Positions 49,201-63,663 of a DNA stretch of 64,000 nt are shown here, piece after piece. Source of the stretch: the human T2T-CHM13v2.0 reference genome, Homo sapiens. A model generated the notes under the pieces. That model saw only the letters and a program-made list of their open reading frames with translations. It ran no database searches and had not been told where the DNA came from. Each line of letters opens with the position of its first letter. Position 1 is the first letter of the stretch. The position numbers and the translations under genes are program-made. The stretch is from assembly GCF_009914755.1 (NCBI RefSeq), contig NC_060936.1, one strand, 5' to 3'.

Positions 49201-50768
49201 TAGTTTTATTAAAGTGCTTACAAATAGTTTTAAAGTATTTAGTTGTTAATACCACATTTATAATATGTATTTCTCATACTTTGCATATCACTACACTTTA
49301 AAAAACTGTAGCACCTTTATCATGGAAAAAGAATGATATCAGAGTGAATATTGTCTTTCTACAAATTAGTGGTATAAAAATAAAAACCAGATTTTATGAA
49401 GCAAAAAAAATTGTGGTATATAGGTAAAACTGCCTAACCATTTAATAATAACATTGAACATTTTCCTTTCATAGTATATTATTGTCAATTCTATTAAACA
49501 TCCATATCAGTATGTAAAAAATTATTATAGCAATATATCCATATTGTGGAAATCATATTAAAAAGCCAGACAAATCTATTCTAACTTTACCAAATAGATT
49601 ATGTCAGCTGTTCAGTAGTCAGCTTGATATTATTGGTAAAATGTAAAACAAATATGGTATGAAATAATCTATTAAAATTGAAAGCGGGAAAAATAAGGAT
49701 AATAGTTAATTGTACAAAAAGAGGATGTTCTGGAGACATTGTCTAGTTGTGGGAGATTTAATATTCAAACTTTATAAAAATAGAGGAAACATATATATAG
49801 GTGTATTGGATAAAAGTCTTGGATCAATGTGATATTAATGGACAAAATTCAACAGGAACACAGATCAAGAGGGGCTTTTGTGAAAGTCCTGATAAATAAT
49901 GTCTCATCCTACTGAATTTGATGAGTATTACTGTATATGTGTGTGTTTGTGTGTGTATGCATATATATAATCTGGTTTTGGAAGACATTTTAATGTTACT
50001 TCAATACAATTTACAGAGAAAAAATTAGCCAGGTCTACAGAAAACCAATTTGGGGAAAATTTATTACTTTGAGGTGTTGTCACAAAAAGGCCCAACCTAA
50101 AAAGGTTTAACATGATCCTTTAGATAGCAGAACTTACTCTCCATGATCTGTTTTTCAGAGTTAACTCAAATATAAGAATAATATAATAATAAGCCATCTT
50201 AGGCAATCAATGGGCCCACAGCTCAGGAAATTTTGATTTTCAGGGATGATTTCCTGAAGGATGATGTGCTCTTATATATAATGATAATGCCTTATCACAT
50301 ACAATGCTTCCAATGTTTAAACTGTACTTATATACTCATTATCTTTTTTGCCCCTTGCAACAATCCTTTGCAGCATGTAGGGCATATAAGTTTCATCAAC
50401 TCCACTTTATAGGTGAAGAAATCACCATGTCCACACATTAAGGAACTCACTAAGAATTTTGGTCAGAGCTGAGTCCTCTTCAGGGCAACTCCTTAATTTT
50501 CCAGATAGACAGTTACAAAAGGTATTTAGAATAGACTTGCTTTAATCTCAGCATTTGTAGCTGCATTAGTTGTAGATTTTCACTGCTATAAGTTGGTATG
50601 ATTCACTTTATTAAATGACTAAAAATACAAGATTGGCAATTTATTCATTGAACTGTTCAGCTTCTTTTTTTTTTTGGTCCATTTTAGGACCACTCTGAGG
50701 GGCTATTAAAATAAATTTCAACACTAAAACTTCATAATGTTTATACCCTAGGCAGTACTTTCACCCAG

Positions 50769-50938
50769 TCCTTCCTTCCTTCCTTCCTTTCTTTTCTTTC
50801 TTCTTCTTTCTTTTTCTTTTTTTTTCCCATAGAGATGCTATTTTGCCCAGGTTGGTCTTACACTCCTGACCTCAAGCGATTCCTCTGCTTCAACCTCCCA
50901 AAGTGCTGGGATTACAAGAGTGAGCCACCCTGCCTGGC
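50769..50938 (-). mobile_element. FLAM/Alu left monomer with a (TTCC/TTTC)n-degenerated tail
   Basis: tagagatgctattttgcccaggttggtctta...ctcccaaagtgctgggattacaagagtgagccaccctgcctggcc. Confidence 0.8.
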
Positions 50939-51059
50939 CTTTCAAATTAAAACACTTATGTCACACTATTTATTATCCTTCTTAAAAACAGAAGTTACAT
51001 TTAATCCATTTTGTATTAATAGTAATTTGTACATATTCAACAAATGTGTGTGAAACAAG

Positions 51060-51610
51060 ACAGTAGCTAGTACTCACTGTGGACCCATCACTATTCTTAC
51101 AGCTTCTACATATATGTGGAATTTATGGAATGTAGAATATTCTATGGAATATAGAATATATATTTAGAAGCTCTAAATATAAACAACCCTAGGAGGTAGC
51201 TGCAATGGTTAAATCTATTTTATAGCAGAGGCAACTGAGACATAAGAAGGCTATATTCCTTGCCCAAAGTTAATTATCTACAAAGCTATAACACAACTTC
51301 AGCCAGTCTGACTCTAGAATCTGGGTCTTTAATAAGTATATTATGGTTGAATCAAGGATAATCATCAGAATAGCTAACATTTTATAGTGATACTATGCTA
51401 GGTGCTATTCTAGACACTTTACGTATGTTGATTCATTTTCTCCTAAGATTTCCATGTGGTAAGTACTATTATTTTACCTTATACACATAAGGAAATTAAG
51501 GCAAAGAGAAGTTATGAAATTTGCCTGAGGTCACTCAGCTAGTGAATCGAAAAGCTGGTATTGTAATCCAGGCAGTGTGAACACAGAGTCCGTACTATTG
51601 ACTACTAGAC
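51060..51610 (-). mobile_element. Two tandem MIR elements (~51060-51330 and ~51370-51610)
   Basis: ttttatagcagaggcaactgagacataagaagg...cttgcccaaagt; atagctaacatttt...taaggaaattaaggcaaagagaagttatgaaatttgcctgaggtcactcagctagt. Confidence 0.75.
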
Positions 51611-52236
51611 TTGCATAAAGAGGAACTCAATTTCTTTCACTTTCTCATGTTAAATTTAAAATAAGATGACAAACAAATCAGAATGACAGTTCATCAAATG
51701 TGAATTGTGATCTTGAAGTCCCCTTGTGAGTTGATTAGCACAAGTTTTTCATATCAAAATCTTCTTGGGAAACCAAATTCAGATAATAAAATTGCTTGCC
51801 TGGTGAATATAGAATGAGAATAAATTGGAGCTGAGTGTCTAGAAGGTGCTGGATCCACCATGGCCACTGTGAGAAATGAGCTATACAGACTGGCATTTCT
51901 TTGGTTGTGCGTTAGTGCACTCGTACCCTTGGATGGTAGGAAAACACATGGGCATATTATGAGCACCCCTGCTTAATAGTAGTGCTTGGTGGCCAATGAA
52001 AGTTTCAGCCACGGCAGCATTGCTTCCTGCCACAGTGTTCACTATTACACCTCCTTTCCCAGTGTTATATTAAGAATTGGAGTCTTCTTTGGGGTGCCCC
52101 AGCTCCTTGTGGGAATTCAGGAGCTGCTGTGGCTTCCTTAGTAGGTCACCATGTCCCTGTGCTCTATTCCCACCATCACAGCTCATGTCTAGCCACCATC
52201 ATCTGTCACCTGGATAGCTGCATGTAGGTCCCAGCT

Positions 52237-52480
52237 AAGGGATAGCAAACCAATGGCCAGAAGGTCAAATCCAGCTGGAAGAAATATTTTGTTTGAGAAC
52301 TAATGTTGAGAGCTTAGCAAAAATGGAATTTGTTGCCTTTGTTTAAAAATAGGAGAGTTCAATAAAATGGCCAATACTCAGCTGTCCTAAAACACTGAAA
52401 AATTGGAGGATCTGGAAACGTTGGACCTGTATTTTCCCATGGCAACAATCAGCTGGAAGTGGTTATCCAAATAAGGTAGA
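52237..52480. mobile_element. Charlie4a/MER80-like hAT fragment
   Basis: ggtcaaatccagc...tattttgtttg...gttgcctttgtttaaaaataggagag...gatctggaaacgttggacc...ccatggcaacaatcagctgga. Confidence 0.6.
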
Positions 52481-52747
52481 GAATGCTTTGTGCTGCCTAA
52501 CTCTAGGAGCAAGTGCCGACCATGATAGCCTTTGACGCTATTATTGACTTGGTGGCTGCTTCCGTTACATGAAGCATGTGTGCTCTCTTTTTTGCCTCAG
52601 TCCCTTTCTGGTCTCCTTCATTCATCTATATTACCTTCCTGGTCCCATAGGCTTTTGCCTTTGCGATGCTTATCCAAAATAGTACGCCTGCCTTCAGTCT
52701 CATTTCCCTAAAATCCATTCTCCCTTCAGCCAGAATTAACTTAATAA

Positions 52748-53224
<477 letters not shown>

Positions 53225-53917
53225 CTAATCCCATCTGCTAGGTCTAAACTTTCAGTAAATACCTGCCTTGGTTCACCAGCCTTTGGTGAGCTATCCTTTG
53301 AGAAAATGAAGGCAAAATTGAGTTACACGGAGAAGAGGACAGGGGCAGGGATGCCAGACAAGAATTAAAACATCGGTAATGGGCACCATGACTGAACTCC
53401 AGCCTCCTGAGTGTTTATGGAGCAACTGAGAGGATGCCGGGTTCCTCACAGTATGGACACTGGAGGCTGGAGCTGTTGTATTGATTTCTAATGAAGGGAT
53501 AATCTGCAACAGTCGGTGATTTGAAGCTATCCAGGCAGCAGGCCCTTGAGTCTTACTGGCCCACACTCAGGACTTTGTCCTTGCATGTGTTTACAGCCTC
53601 TTTTGTTTAACTCTGCTCCATGACATGCACCAAGCCCTACACCTTCCTCTGTGGTCGATCCAGCCATATACTATGGGGCCAGCTCCCCATGGAGATCCAG
53701 TGACACTCTCTATATCCATCCACAAATTCCTGTATGCTCTGTTTATTCCCCCTTGGTACCTCCAGATTTACATGGCTCCTGACTTCTGGCTTCCTCTAAT
53801 TTCAGCATCACATTCAGTATGCCTTAGTGATATTGAGCTTCTTCCTATGCACTTAATATACTATGCTTTATAACATATATTCTAAGATAATATGCTGTTT
53901 TCCATATCTAGAATTGT

Positions 53918-55190
53918 CTGATCATTCACTCATTCCACAGATATCATTGATGTTTATGTCCCTCTATGTCTCTGGCACTGTTATCGTTTCTGTACGTAAA
54001 GATGCATCACTGAACAAACAGATAAAAATCCCTGCAGCAAGGGAGCTGGTATTTTAGTAAGAGGAGAGAGGTAATACAGTAAGTAAGTAAATTATTGAGT
54101 GTATTAGCATGTTATGCATACTGGGAAGAAAATAAAGCAAGGTAAGCAGACAGAACATGCTGGGAAAGTGGCTTGCAAATTTAAATTGGATAGGCAGGTA
54201 AGGTTTCAATGTTGAGAGGACATTTGAGGAATAACATGAAGGAAATGGGGGAGTGGGCCGTGTGGGAAGAGCAATACAGGCAGAGGGAACAGCAGGCAGG
54301 TAGGAGGGGCTACAAGGAAATGAGGGAGGAAAAAATCAGTAGAAGATGATGTGAGAGAAGTAATGTATTATGAGGCTGGAGGTGTGAGGGGCTATTGTAT
54401 GGGGCCTTAAAATCAAAGTAATTTGGCTTTTATGCTGAGTGAAATTGAAAAACATTGATGGGTTTTGAGCAGGAAAATAACATGGTCAAATATACATTTT
54501 TTTTTTTTTTGAAAGATCACTTTGATTGCTTTGTTAAGAACAGCAGAGACCAGGCAGGAGGCTCCTGCAGTACTCCAGGAGAGAGGCAAAGGTGGCTTGG
54601 ACTGGGCTCATGGCCAGGGAGGTGGAAGTAGTTGGATTCTGGATGTGTTTTGCAGAAGTGTAAGGTATGAAAGAAGAGCACCCTGCATTTATTTTAACCT
54701 ATACACATGGAAGGATGGAGTTGCCTCTTGATATGAAAAAGAGAGCAGGTGAAAAATACTTAGAGGGAAGGAGTTCAGTTTGTGATGTTTTAACTTTGAT
54801 AATGGAGATATTAAGTGAGTATTTGTATATACACCTTTAAATATCAGATGAATTGTGGGCTGGGGGTATTAATTTGGGAGTTTGAAAAAGATGGCATCTA
54901 AATTATTGAATTGCCTCACCAATGAAGAAAGAGCACATAGAGAAGAGATTTAAGAATGGAGTCCTAGGACACTCCATACTTTAGGGATCAGAAGGAGGAG
55001 GAAACTAGCAAAGAAGACAGTGAGTGACCATTCAGTTAGGAGTAAAACTAAGGGCTTGTGGTATTGTAGGAGCCAAAAGTTTCTAGAAAGAGAGAGAAAT
55101 GAAGGATGTCAAAGGCTTTGCTTGTAGGCCATGTGACATGAGAACTGACAAATGCTTGTTAGATTTCATCTTGGGATGACTATAAACCAG
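53918..55190 (-). mobile_element. L2, long fragment
   Basis: tcattcactcattccacagatatc...tctggcactg...gaaagatcactttgattgct...ggaaggatggagttgcc...gatgtcaaaggct...gagaactgac. Confidence 0.8.
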
Positions 55191-55336
55191 TGGAAATTAT
55201 CCAGGAAAGATACAGGAACTGGTGCTGTGAGAGTGGGGAGACTTCTTGGAGCCTCCAGTGAGTGGGAGACCATGGGCCCAAATACCTAAGTGGAGGGGCT
55301 GTCTCAGATAGGAGAAGCTCAGACAAATGACTGTGG

Positions 55337-55529
55337 CTGTGGTTCTCAAAGCATGGTTCCCAGATCAACAGTATAGCCATTACCCGGGAGCCTGTTAGAA
55401 ACCTGTTAGAAAATTCCTGGGCCTCACTCCAAACCTACAGAATCAGAAACTCTGCGGGCGGGGTCCAGCACTCTATTATACAAAGCCCTCTAGGTGATTT
55501 CAATGCACACTTAAGTTTGAGAACCACCA
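55337..55529. mobile_element. MER5A (hAT-Charlie)
   Basis: TIRs gtggttctcaaa...tttgagaaccac; core ctgttagaaa...gaatcagaaactctg. Confidence 0.88.
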
Positions 55530-55676
55530 AAACTAGGAAGTTCTGTTTTATCTTTTAGGATTTAACTCAGGGTCACCTCATTTACAAAGTGACATGTTTC
55601 CTCTCTTATAACGACTACTGTTTGCCAGGCTTAGAAATGGAACTGAGTTTCAGCTTATATTAAATACATACCACAT

Positions 55677-57442
55677 CAGGGGCAGAGCAAGGTTTGGCAA
55701 AGCTTGAAGCTTATGTCATTTGGAGGGACAGGGCCTTCTTTAACAAGTAGAATACATAATTACACATATAAAATTTGCTAAAATAATGCATATTTATTTT
55801 GAATGAAAAACACATTTAGAAAAAAATCACAAGTTTTAAGAGCTGGCAATACCTCAAACATCACCAACACACAAAAAAATATATTAACTGCCTAATATAC
55901 CTGTATAATACTTTGTTTCTTATTTTTGTGCTATATACTCTTTAATAGCATTTTATATCATGGTATTTTTGTAATATTATTATATAGAGAAAAAAGATAA
56001 TCTTTACGATTATTGATTGAACTTGAGTTTGTGTTTGTTTTATTTAAAGATTAGAAAAATTCCTTTTGGCTTCACAACCAGTATTTGGTGTTATCTAATA
56101 TATTTTAAAGACTGAGGTCCTATTTGTCAAAACTTCTACCAAGTTTCTTTCACAAGTTAGCCTCAAGTCTTCAGGGCAGTTCAGGGTTTCTCAAGTAGTA
56201 ACTAATTTCAGATACTCTGAATTGAAGGCATTCATTTATCAGTTTGTTTTTGATAATTTGTTTATTAGACATATTATAATTTTTACGATAAATCTATCGA
56301 TGCTGGCACTTCATATCAAAGCAACAAAAAATTTCCATATTTTAAAATATGTTTATGTAATTCATACCACTTCATTAACTGGACTAGCAAACATTCAAGA
56401 ATCTACCCATTACCTCTGTTCAAAATTTGTCTTTCTCTTAAGGAGTTATTGCCCTTGAAATGATTTTAAAAATTTTGTCTTAACATTTACTTTTTTATAT
56501 TAGAATAATTTCTATTGATTTTATTACTTATATTTATCATTTTACTTCATATGCCATTAATTATTTTACCTGAATTGTCTCTCAGTTCAAGAGAAAGAAG
56601 GTATATTTCACATGTACGCTGATTAGGAGTCTGTAATTTCTCACTTATTTGATGGAAATATTACAAACTCCTTTTTAGTATTACAGTTAAAATGTTGTAT
56701 TCAAGCTTCATGAACTTTTAAAATAAACATTACACACTATTTTGTATTTGGTGTTCTTTTTCAAGTCTTCTCAATATATTTTAGAGCCTCTAAAATGGCA
56801 TTTTACCCATCGTCTCATAGCTTAAACATCTTTATCAGGGTAGACCACATCTTTACACTTAAGAATATAAGCATTTAAAACCTCAAATTGGTATGTGTGT
56901 TTAGAAGCAGCTCAATGTAAGAAGAACCCAAAGAAACCAGAACTGCTAAAATATCAAAGTGGTCAAAATCTTCAAGCAGTATCGAGGTATTGTTTTCTCC
57001 AATGAGATTAAGGGAATGAACCCTGCATACGTGTTCTGCAATACATTTGCCCACAATATTGGGTGAGCAACACTCCCAGCAGTATTCTTGAACTATTCCA
57101 ATACTGGGATGGCTAGTAGTGACTTAGATATGCACAGAAGTGCTCGTGAACCTTACAAACCTAATCCACTATCTCTAGCTCAACATCTCATTAGGCAGAT
57201 CCCCCAAATTTCTGAAACCACTCCGGAGCCACTCAAAAGATGGAGAAAATGTATGAAGGATGCAGTTGTAAAAGAAAAACACAGCAGTCTTAAACAATTG
57301 CTGCTAAAACATCATAATTTGGCACGTTTTAAATTTGATGAAGGAAACACATTGCCAGGGCCCTTCTCAAGTTCCTGGAGGGTTCCATGTAAGAGAGAGT
57401 TCATAAAGTTGTTTCATTAGCTTCCAGGTAATTCTGCCTCTG
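55677..57442 (-). mobile_element. Zaphod/MER115-type hAT-Tip100 DNA transposon, both termini present, internally deleted
   Basis: Right end (reverse complement) cagaggcagaattacctggaagctaatgaa...gggccctggcaatg; left end caggggcagagcaagg...gaagcttat...ttctttaa. Degraded 8-bp TSD taccacat / tacgtctt. Confidence 0.7.
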
Positions 57443-57770
57443 TACGTCTTGTGAGGTAGACTTTTCTCGCTCTCTCTTATGTTCCTTTGGACAGTACCTT
57501 TTATGATAAATAATCTTTTTCTAACATCCTTTATGTATTTACCTGTGATTAGAGCCATGCCCTCAAGAACCCGCATTCTGTATTCTCTTAGAATGTTTAA
57601 CAGATTATTTTTCACCATTGAAATACTGTTAGCAGAGCTGGAATTCTCCACATTCCTCCTGTTGACTCTGTAGACTTGTAAACACAATCTTTAGGAGATT
57701 TTAACTTTGACAGTAGAGAAAGGGTATTAGATAGACATGAATAAATCTAACATAATATCTTTCATGCCTG

Positions 57771-58232
57771 TTAAGGGGTTAAAATATGCTGTTCTGGCAT
57801 ATTGACTGTTTAAGTTACAGACACTCGAAACATAGCACGTGCAAAAAGATCACTTTGACCCTTGTGATGTTTCTTAAAAGCAGAAGATAGAATTGCCATG
57901 TGAAAGACACCCTCTCTATACCAGAAAGATGCAGCATCCTTATCCTCAAGGACAAGAAGACGAAACCAAGAGAATTCTGTGCAGATCTTGTTAGAAATAA
58001 CTCTTATCTTTTAAGCCTCCCCACATAATTTAGTTGCTTCTTCACAGCTATTATTCATCCAGTTGAGTGTATAAGTAACTGACCTTAACTGCTTCTTTGT
58101 GTCTTCATTTCCTTATGAGGGCTTCTGTGCCACATAAGACTTGTACTATGCTTTTCTCCTGTTAATCTGTTACAATGTCAATTTAATTCCAGGACCCTAA
58201 GAGGATGGAGGTGGAGTTTTTCTGCTCCTACA
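57771..58232 (+). mobile_element. ERV1 solo LTR, MER34/MER39 group
   Basis: ttaaggggttaaaatatgc...ggcatattgact...tatgcttttctcctgttaatctg...tgctcctaca; 4-bp TSD cctg at 57767-57770 and 58233-58236. Confidence 0.75.
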
Positions 58233-60759
58233 CCTGGATAGGCAAGACCAACCACTTACCAGATGGGGAATCTTCCAGTGCTAATAGTTCAGACTGTGCA
58301 TACAAGAAACTGAGAGAAGGACCAGTACTGTTTTGTGGTTGCAGGTTGTTCCATGATGAGAATAGGGCCAACCATAATGGGAGTAGGCTGGCAGAGACTT
58401 ACTTGTCTAGTCATGGGCTTTATGGCAAATGTCTCTAACACTTACCACCCAAAGCTATGCTTATGGTGTTGCAGTCAACATCTTACTTTATGAACTTATA
58501 ATCTATACTGATGTTTATTGTTACTATGTTTTCCTGTTTACCTGAGAGGGACCACACCCAAAAGGAGTGTCCTAGAGGTGGAAACATGTACTACATGTTC
58601 TATTATAGCATTTATCATATTATAATATGAATAATATGCTGCCTCTCTGCACTTCAGCTTAACCCATGACCTCTCTGAGAACAAGTAACATGTCTCATTG
58701 ACCTTTACATTACTCCCCAGCACCACTTCTTCACTCTGCCCTATCCCAAGTCCTTCGACTTTGCCTTATACATGTGATCCTCTCTGAAATTTGTGTCTAA
58801 GAAATGATCAATGAATAAATACATGATTGAATCAATACCTTACTTCCTCCAGAGATGTTTACTTATCTTTAATCACATCCATTCTATGTTTATGATTTTA
58901 ATTTGTAGGTTATACTTGAAAACAGTAGCCTGATAATAAATATAAATTTATCAGTTTCTCTCTATTGAAGTTTCAGAACCCCTTTTGCCTCTTCTCATTT
59001 ATAATTCCTTTAAATTAGGTAGGAAAGCAAAAAGGAAATCTTAGTGAGGCAAATACTAGCTTCTGCTTCCTATGTAAGGAGATAATGGTACTGACACTAT
59101 CAGCTGAGGATATTTTATACTTCAATGGTTTTGTGAATGGGAACTAATCCATTACTTTCTTAACTTGCTATCTATTTACTTTCTTAACCTATAGGTGCAC
59201 AGGTGGATGACTTGGCAGGAGATGCCATTTATGGCCATGGAACAGTCAAGTTGTTAAGGGGACCAAGAATGTCAATGAACTAAAAGTTTCTGGACCAGTT
59301 TATTAGGCAAAAATTAAAAATAAAAATAATATTTGAGAACCTAAAATAAATTTGATCTCAACTTGCATAATATCTCTAACTCACTGAGGTTCCACGAAGA
59401 CAGGCAGGTGTTTTTTCTTGTTGTTGTTGTTATGTTCCATGTTGTGGAGTTGTAGGTGAGGGCAAACACCTTTCGTATATGATGCAAGCACAAAGCAAGC
59501 TTTATCTAGAAAACTTAAAGGCAGATGATTGGCTGAATGATATGTGAAAACCTCATGCTCTCAGCCTTTTAGCAAGAGGGATGCAGAAACTAGATCACAG
59601 CAGGATGTACTATGGAATAAGTTCTAGAGAGATCCCCAAACTTTGCTGTTCTATTTTTAGAGAATGTGGGACAATGCGGGCATTTGTGGGTATGAAAGCA
59701 GCTTTGGGGGATGGTGTGGAGGGGGTAAAACGGGTTCAGCTTGGGTGCCAGGTACCCAGTGAAGGTGATACCAGTGCCCATATCCCCAAATCCTTTATTC
59801 TGGTGTGGTAGGGGCACTGGGCAATGCAGATGATGAGCAAGATGGTCGTAGGACAGTACCAGCCACAAGATATGCACTCAAAAATATTAAGTGAATAAAT
59901 ATGTAATTGAGGATTACAGTTGTTAAAATCCACTACAAAGTTTTCATAAGCATGAATTGACAATGGGATATTGAAAGGTCAAACATGAAACCCAAAATAT
60001 GGGTGATTAGGAAGAAATAGTGCTAGAGCAGCAAATGAAAGAACCAGGAGCTGCAATGAGATATAAAACAAAGCGCAGGGGACAAATGGAGAAAAAAAAA
60101 ATCTGCGAATAAAAAGGGAAGTCAAAGTTTGGCCTGGAGCAGGAGAGAGCCTTATAAAGTTAGCTTCAAAGTACTGCTTGAATGAAAAAGAAATTACAGC
60201 AGACAACACACATGTTAATGAAGCTCAAACAATATTGAAAAAGAACCCATTATCATTACCTAGATTAAAAGAAAAGACAAGATTAACAGCTCAGACATCA
60301 CTAGGACAGAATAAGAATTAGGCTTATCCACAAGCTCTCACCTTCCTCTCACTTTTTCCATCTTTTCTAGGAAGCCCGAGAAAAAGAGGTTGAAGAAAAT
60401 TAACTCTGAAAAACTTTGGCTGTAGTTATGCATTTTGGTAATTACAGTGAACTAAGAGCAATAGCTCAACATAAGGGATAAAATGTGTGTCAAGTCTCAA
60501 GAAAGTACTCAAACACTTTTTAAAAACTCAGAAAGCAGAACTGTAAAAGGGTAAATGGTGAGGTGGAGGGAAAAACTTGGAAGGTAAAGGATGTAATAAT
60601 TATTTATTCCTTTTCTAAAACAAAGATGAAAGGGCCAAGTATTTATTATTCTTTTATTAAAATAAGAATGATGAAGCTTTACTCCTTTTCCTGCAATTTT
60701 TTTTTTTTTTTTGGCAAACCTCTCAAATATTTTGTAATAGCTCTAAAGAGAAAAGGTTA

Positions 60760-63440
60760 TGGTCATTTTCATATCTTCTTTTGTAAAACACTGTTCAAGC
60801 CTCTTGCCAATTTTTCCACTGTATTTTTTGTCTGATCAATCTGTGTACATTCTTCATATATTCTAGACCTAAGCTTGTAAGTTATGTGTTATAAATACCT
60901 TTTCCCATTTTGTGGTTTTATTTATCTCTTGGTATTGGTGTCTTTTTGTGAACAAAAGTTCTACTCTTACTATAATCTCAGTTAACAATCTTTTCCTTTA
61001 TGGTTAGTAATATTTTGTGCATCCTGTTTAAAAATTATTTTACAACAGTAAAGGAATACAAATCCTTTTTTAGATTGCCTTCAAGAAACTTTATTAATTT
61101 CCTTTCATATTTAGACCTATAATCTACTTGGATTTGATTTTTGCAGATAACGTGTGCAGGAATTGATGTTCAGCATTGTTTTTTGTCTATTTGGCAATCG
61201 TATTGTCCCAGTCACACTTTTTATCTTCCTCTCACTGCTCTGCCTGTACTTTTTTCATAAATTAATAGTAAATATATGCATAGATTTCTAATCTGTTCTA
61301 TTGATCCATCTATTCTTGCACAAATACCACATTGTCTTAATTACTCTAGCTTTAAATTGACATCTAGTAGGGGAAGTTTTCCCATTATGTTTTTCTTTTT
61401 CAATAGTGTTTAATCTCTATTCTTTTTCAATTTACATACATGTGAGAATCAACTTGTCAAATCACACACACACACACACACACACACAGCATGCAGAGTC
61501 GAACTTCTTGAGATTTTTAATGGGACTGTATCAAATTTATAATCAATTGAATCTTCTAGTCAGTGAACATGTATGTTTTCTTTAATTTCTTTCAACAATA
61601 TTTTGTGAAATTATGCCTTGAGAGTTTTACACATCTTTTAGATTTATTCCTAGATATTTTATTTTGTGGACTTTATTGTAAATGGTATCTTTAAAATGTC
61701 ATTTGCTGACTACCTTCAGTTCAGCAACCTTATTAAGCTAACCTTCTGTTTCTAAATAATTATCTGTAGATTTATTTGAATTTTGTATATATTCAGTCAT
61801 CACACCTGAAAAAAATAAAATATTTTTTCTTCTATTAAAGTTATTTTTTTCATGTCTTACTGCATGGCATAAAAAAAAGGTAATAAGGACATATCCTTGT
61901 CTTTTTCCTAATTTCAGAGGGAGAGTTTTCAAAATGTCAACCATGCTGAATTTTCCAATCTCAGACGGAAGGTTTTCAGCAAATATCAAGTGTAACATTT
62001 GCTCTAAACATTTGTAGATATTTCTGTCAAGTTAAGAAAGATGTTTTTCCTCTTATTTTGCAAGCGCTTTCCCATGAATGCATTTTGTAGCTCCTCTATT
62101 TTGTTAATACGGTGAAATATTGAATTTTAATGTTAAATGAAATTTTCCTTCCTAGAATAAACTCTTTGTCCAGTTTTGTTTTTCTCTTTACCCATTATTA
62201 TATTTGTTTGGTAGTATTTGTTTAGTATTGCTTCATTTATGTTCATGAGTGAAATTGACTGCAATTTTCCTTTCTAATAATATACTAATTAGATTTCTGA
62301 TATCAAATTTATATTGGCCTCATAAAACAAATCGGAAGTATTCTCAGTTTTTCTGTTCACTGAAAGAGTTTGGGTACATTTGACATTACTCCTTCCTTAA
62401 ACATTTAGCAGAATCACAGGTGATTTCATTAGGTCTGGAATTTTTCTTATGATCAGTTTCACACTGTGGATTCAATTTCGTTAATAGTTACAGGAGTATT
62501 CGTTTTCTTTCTGCTTCTACCTGTATACTTACATTTTGGAAGTCTATCTTTCAAGCTGTATTTTCAAAAATTGTCTGAGATCTTTGCTTTTTATTTGGAG
62601 TATTTAGTTCATTTATATTTCATTTAAATATTTATATTTTTGCTTTCTGATTGTCCAACTCTTTCATATTTTTCTTCTTTCATTTTTCTTGCTTGCCTAT
62701 ATTTGGAATGATTATACATTTTTATGATTCCATTCCTCCCTCCTCATTTAGGTTGGAAGCTATGTATTCTTGTACTATATTTTTATGGTTACCCCATTAT
62801 AAGGTGCATCTTTTTCTTATTAAAATATATTGTTGTTTGATACTATTAACCTTTTCCCAGATCACTCAAAAATTAAAAATACCTTAATTATTATCTTTCT
62901 GACTTTAATGACATTGTCACTTAAAAAAAATTCTATGTACATTAAACTGCCTAGGACATTATTATTGTTTATTTTACAGTTAATATCCATTTTATTTAGC
63001 TTTACTTTTTTTGTTGATTTCTAGGTTCTTTTTATTTTCATCTTCAGACTTTCTTCTGGGATCATTTTCTTTTTCTCTGAAGATATTCTACAGTGTGGTT
63101 CTTCTGGTGCCAAATTCTGTTAGGTTTGTTTTACTTGGAAATATATTTATTTTACCTTTATTCCCAAATAATATTTTTGCTCGGTATAAAATTTTAGGAT
63201 GGCAAGAATATTTTTGCTGGATTTTGGAGAAACTATTACATGGCCTTTTGGCTTTAATTGTTTTTATTGAAAAGACAGCAGTCAGTTTAAATATTGTTCT
63301 TTTGAAGATAATCTTTTTTACCCATTTCACCTAATTTTAAGTTTTTTCTTTCTGCTGTGATGGACTCAAAAGTGATTTTCTTTGTACATGTCTTGCTTAA
63401 GGTTCATAGTGCTTTTTGAATCAGTGACATGATGTCACTC
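60760..63440 (-). mobile_element. Ancient L1ME-type fragments
   Basis: Antisense ORF2-like text (caaataccacattgtcttaattact, ggacatatccttgtctttttcctaatttcagaggg, tatattggcctcataaaac). The minus-strand ORF at 63088-63330 resembles decayed ORF1 (..KILYRAKILFGNKGKINIF). Confidence 0.7.
61463..61488. repeat. (CA)13 microsatellite
   Basis: Directly visible. Confidence 0.93.
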
Positions 63441-63663
63441 ATCAGTTTTATATCAGCTGATAAGTCTTCAAATTGTCCTGCTCTATTCTCACCTGGAAAC
63501 CTGCTCGTACACCAGTGCTTCCCTCCTCAGTAAAAAGAACCATCAATTGCCTAGGCAAAGTTATCTTTCACCCCTCTCATTCATACACCATATCCAATCT
63601 ATTGGAAATTTTGAGAATACACGTGGAGATTAGATCACCTCTAACCACTTATGTTTCTCCCAC

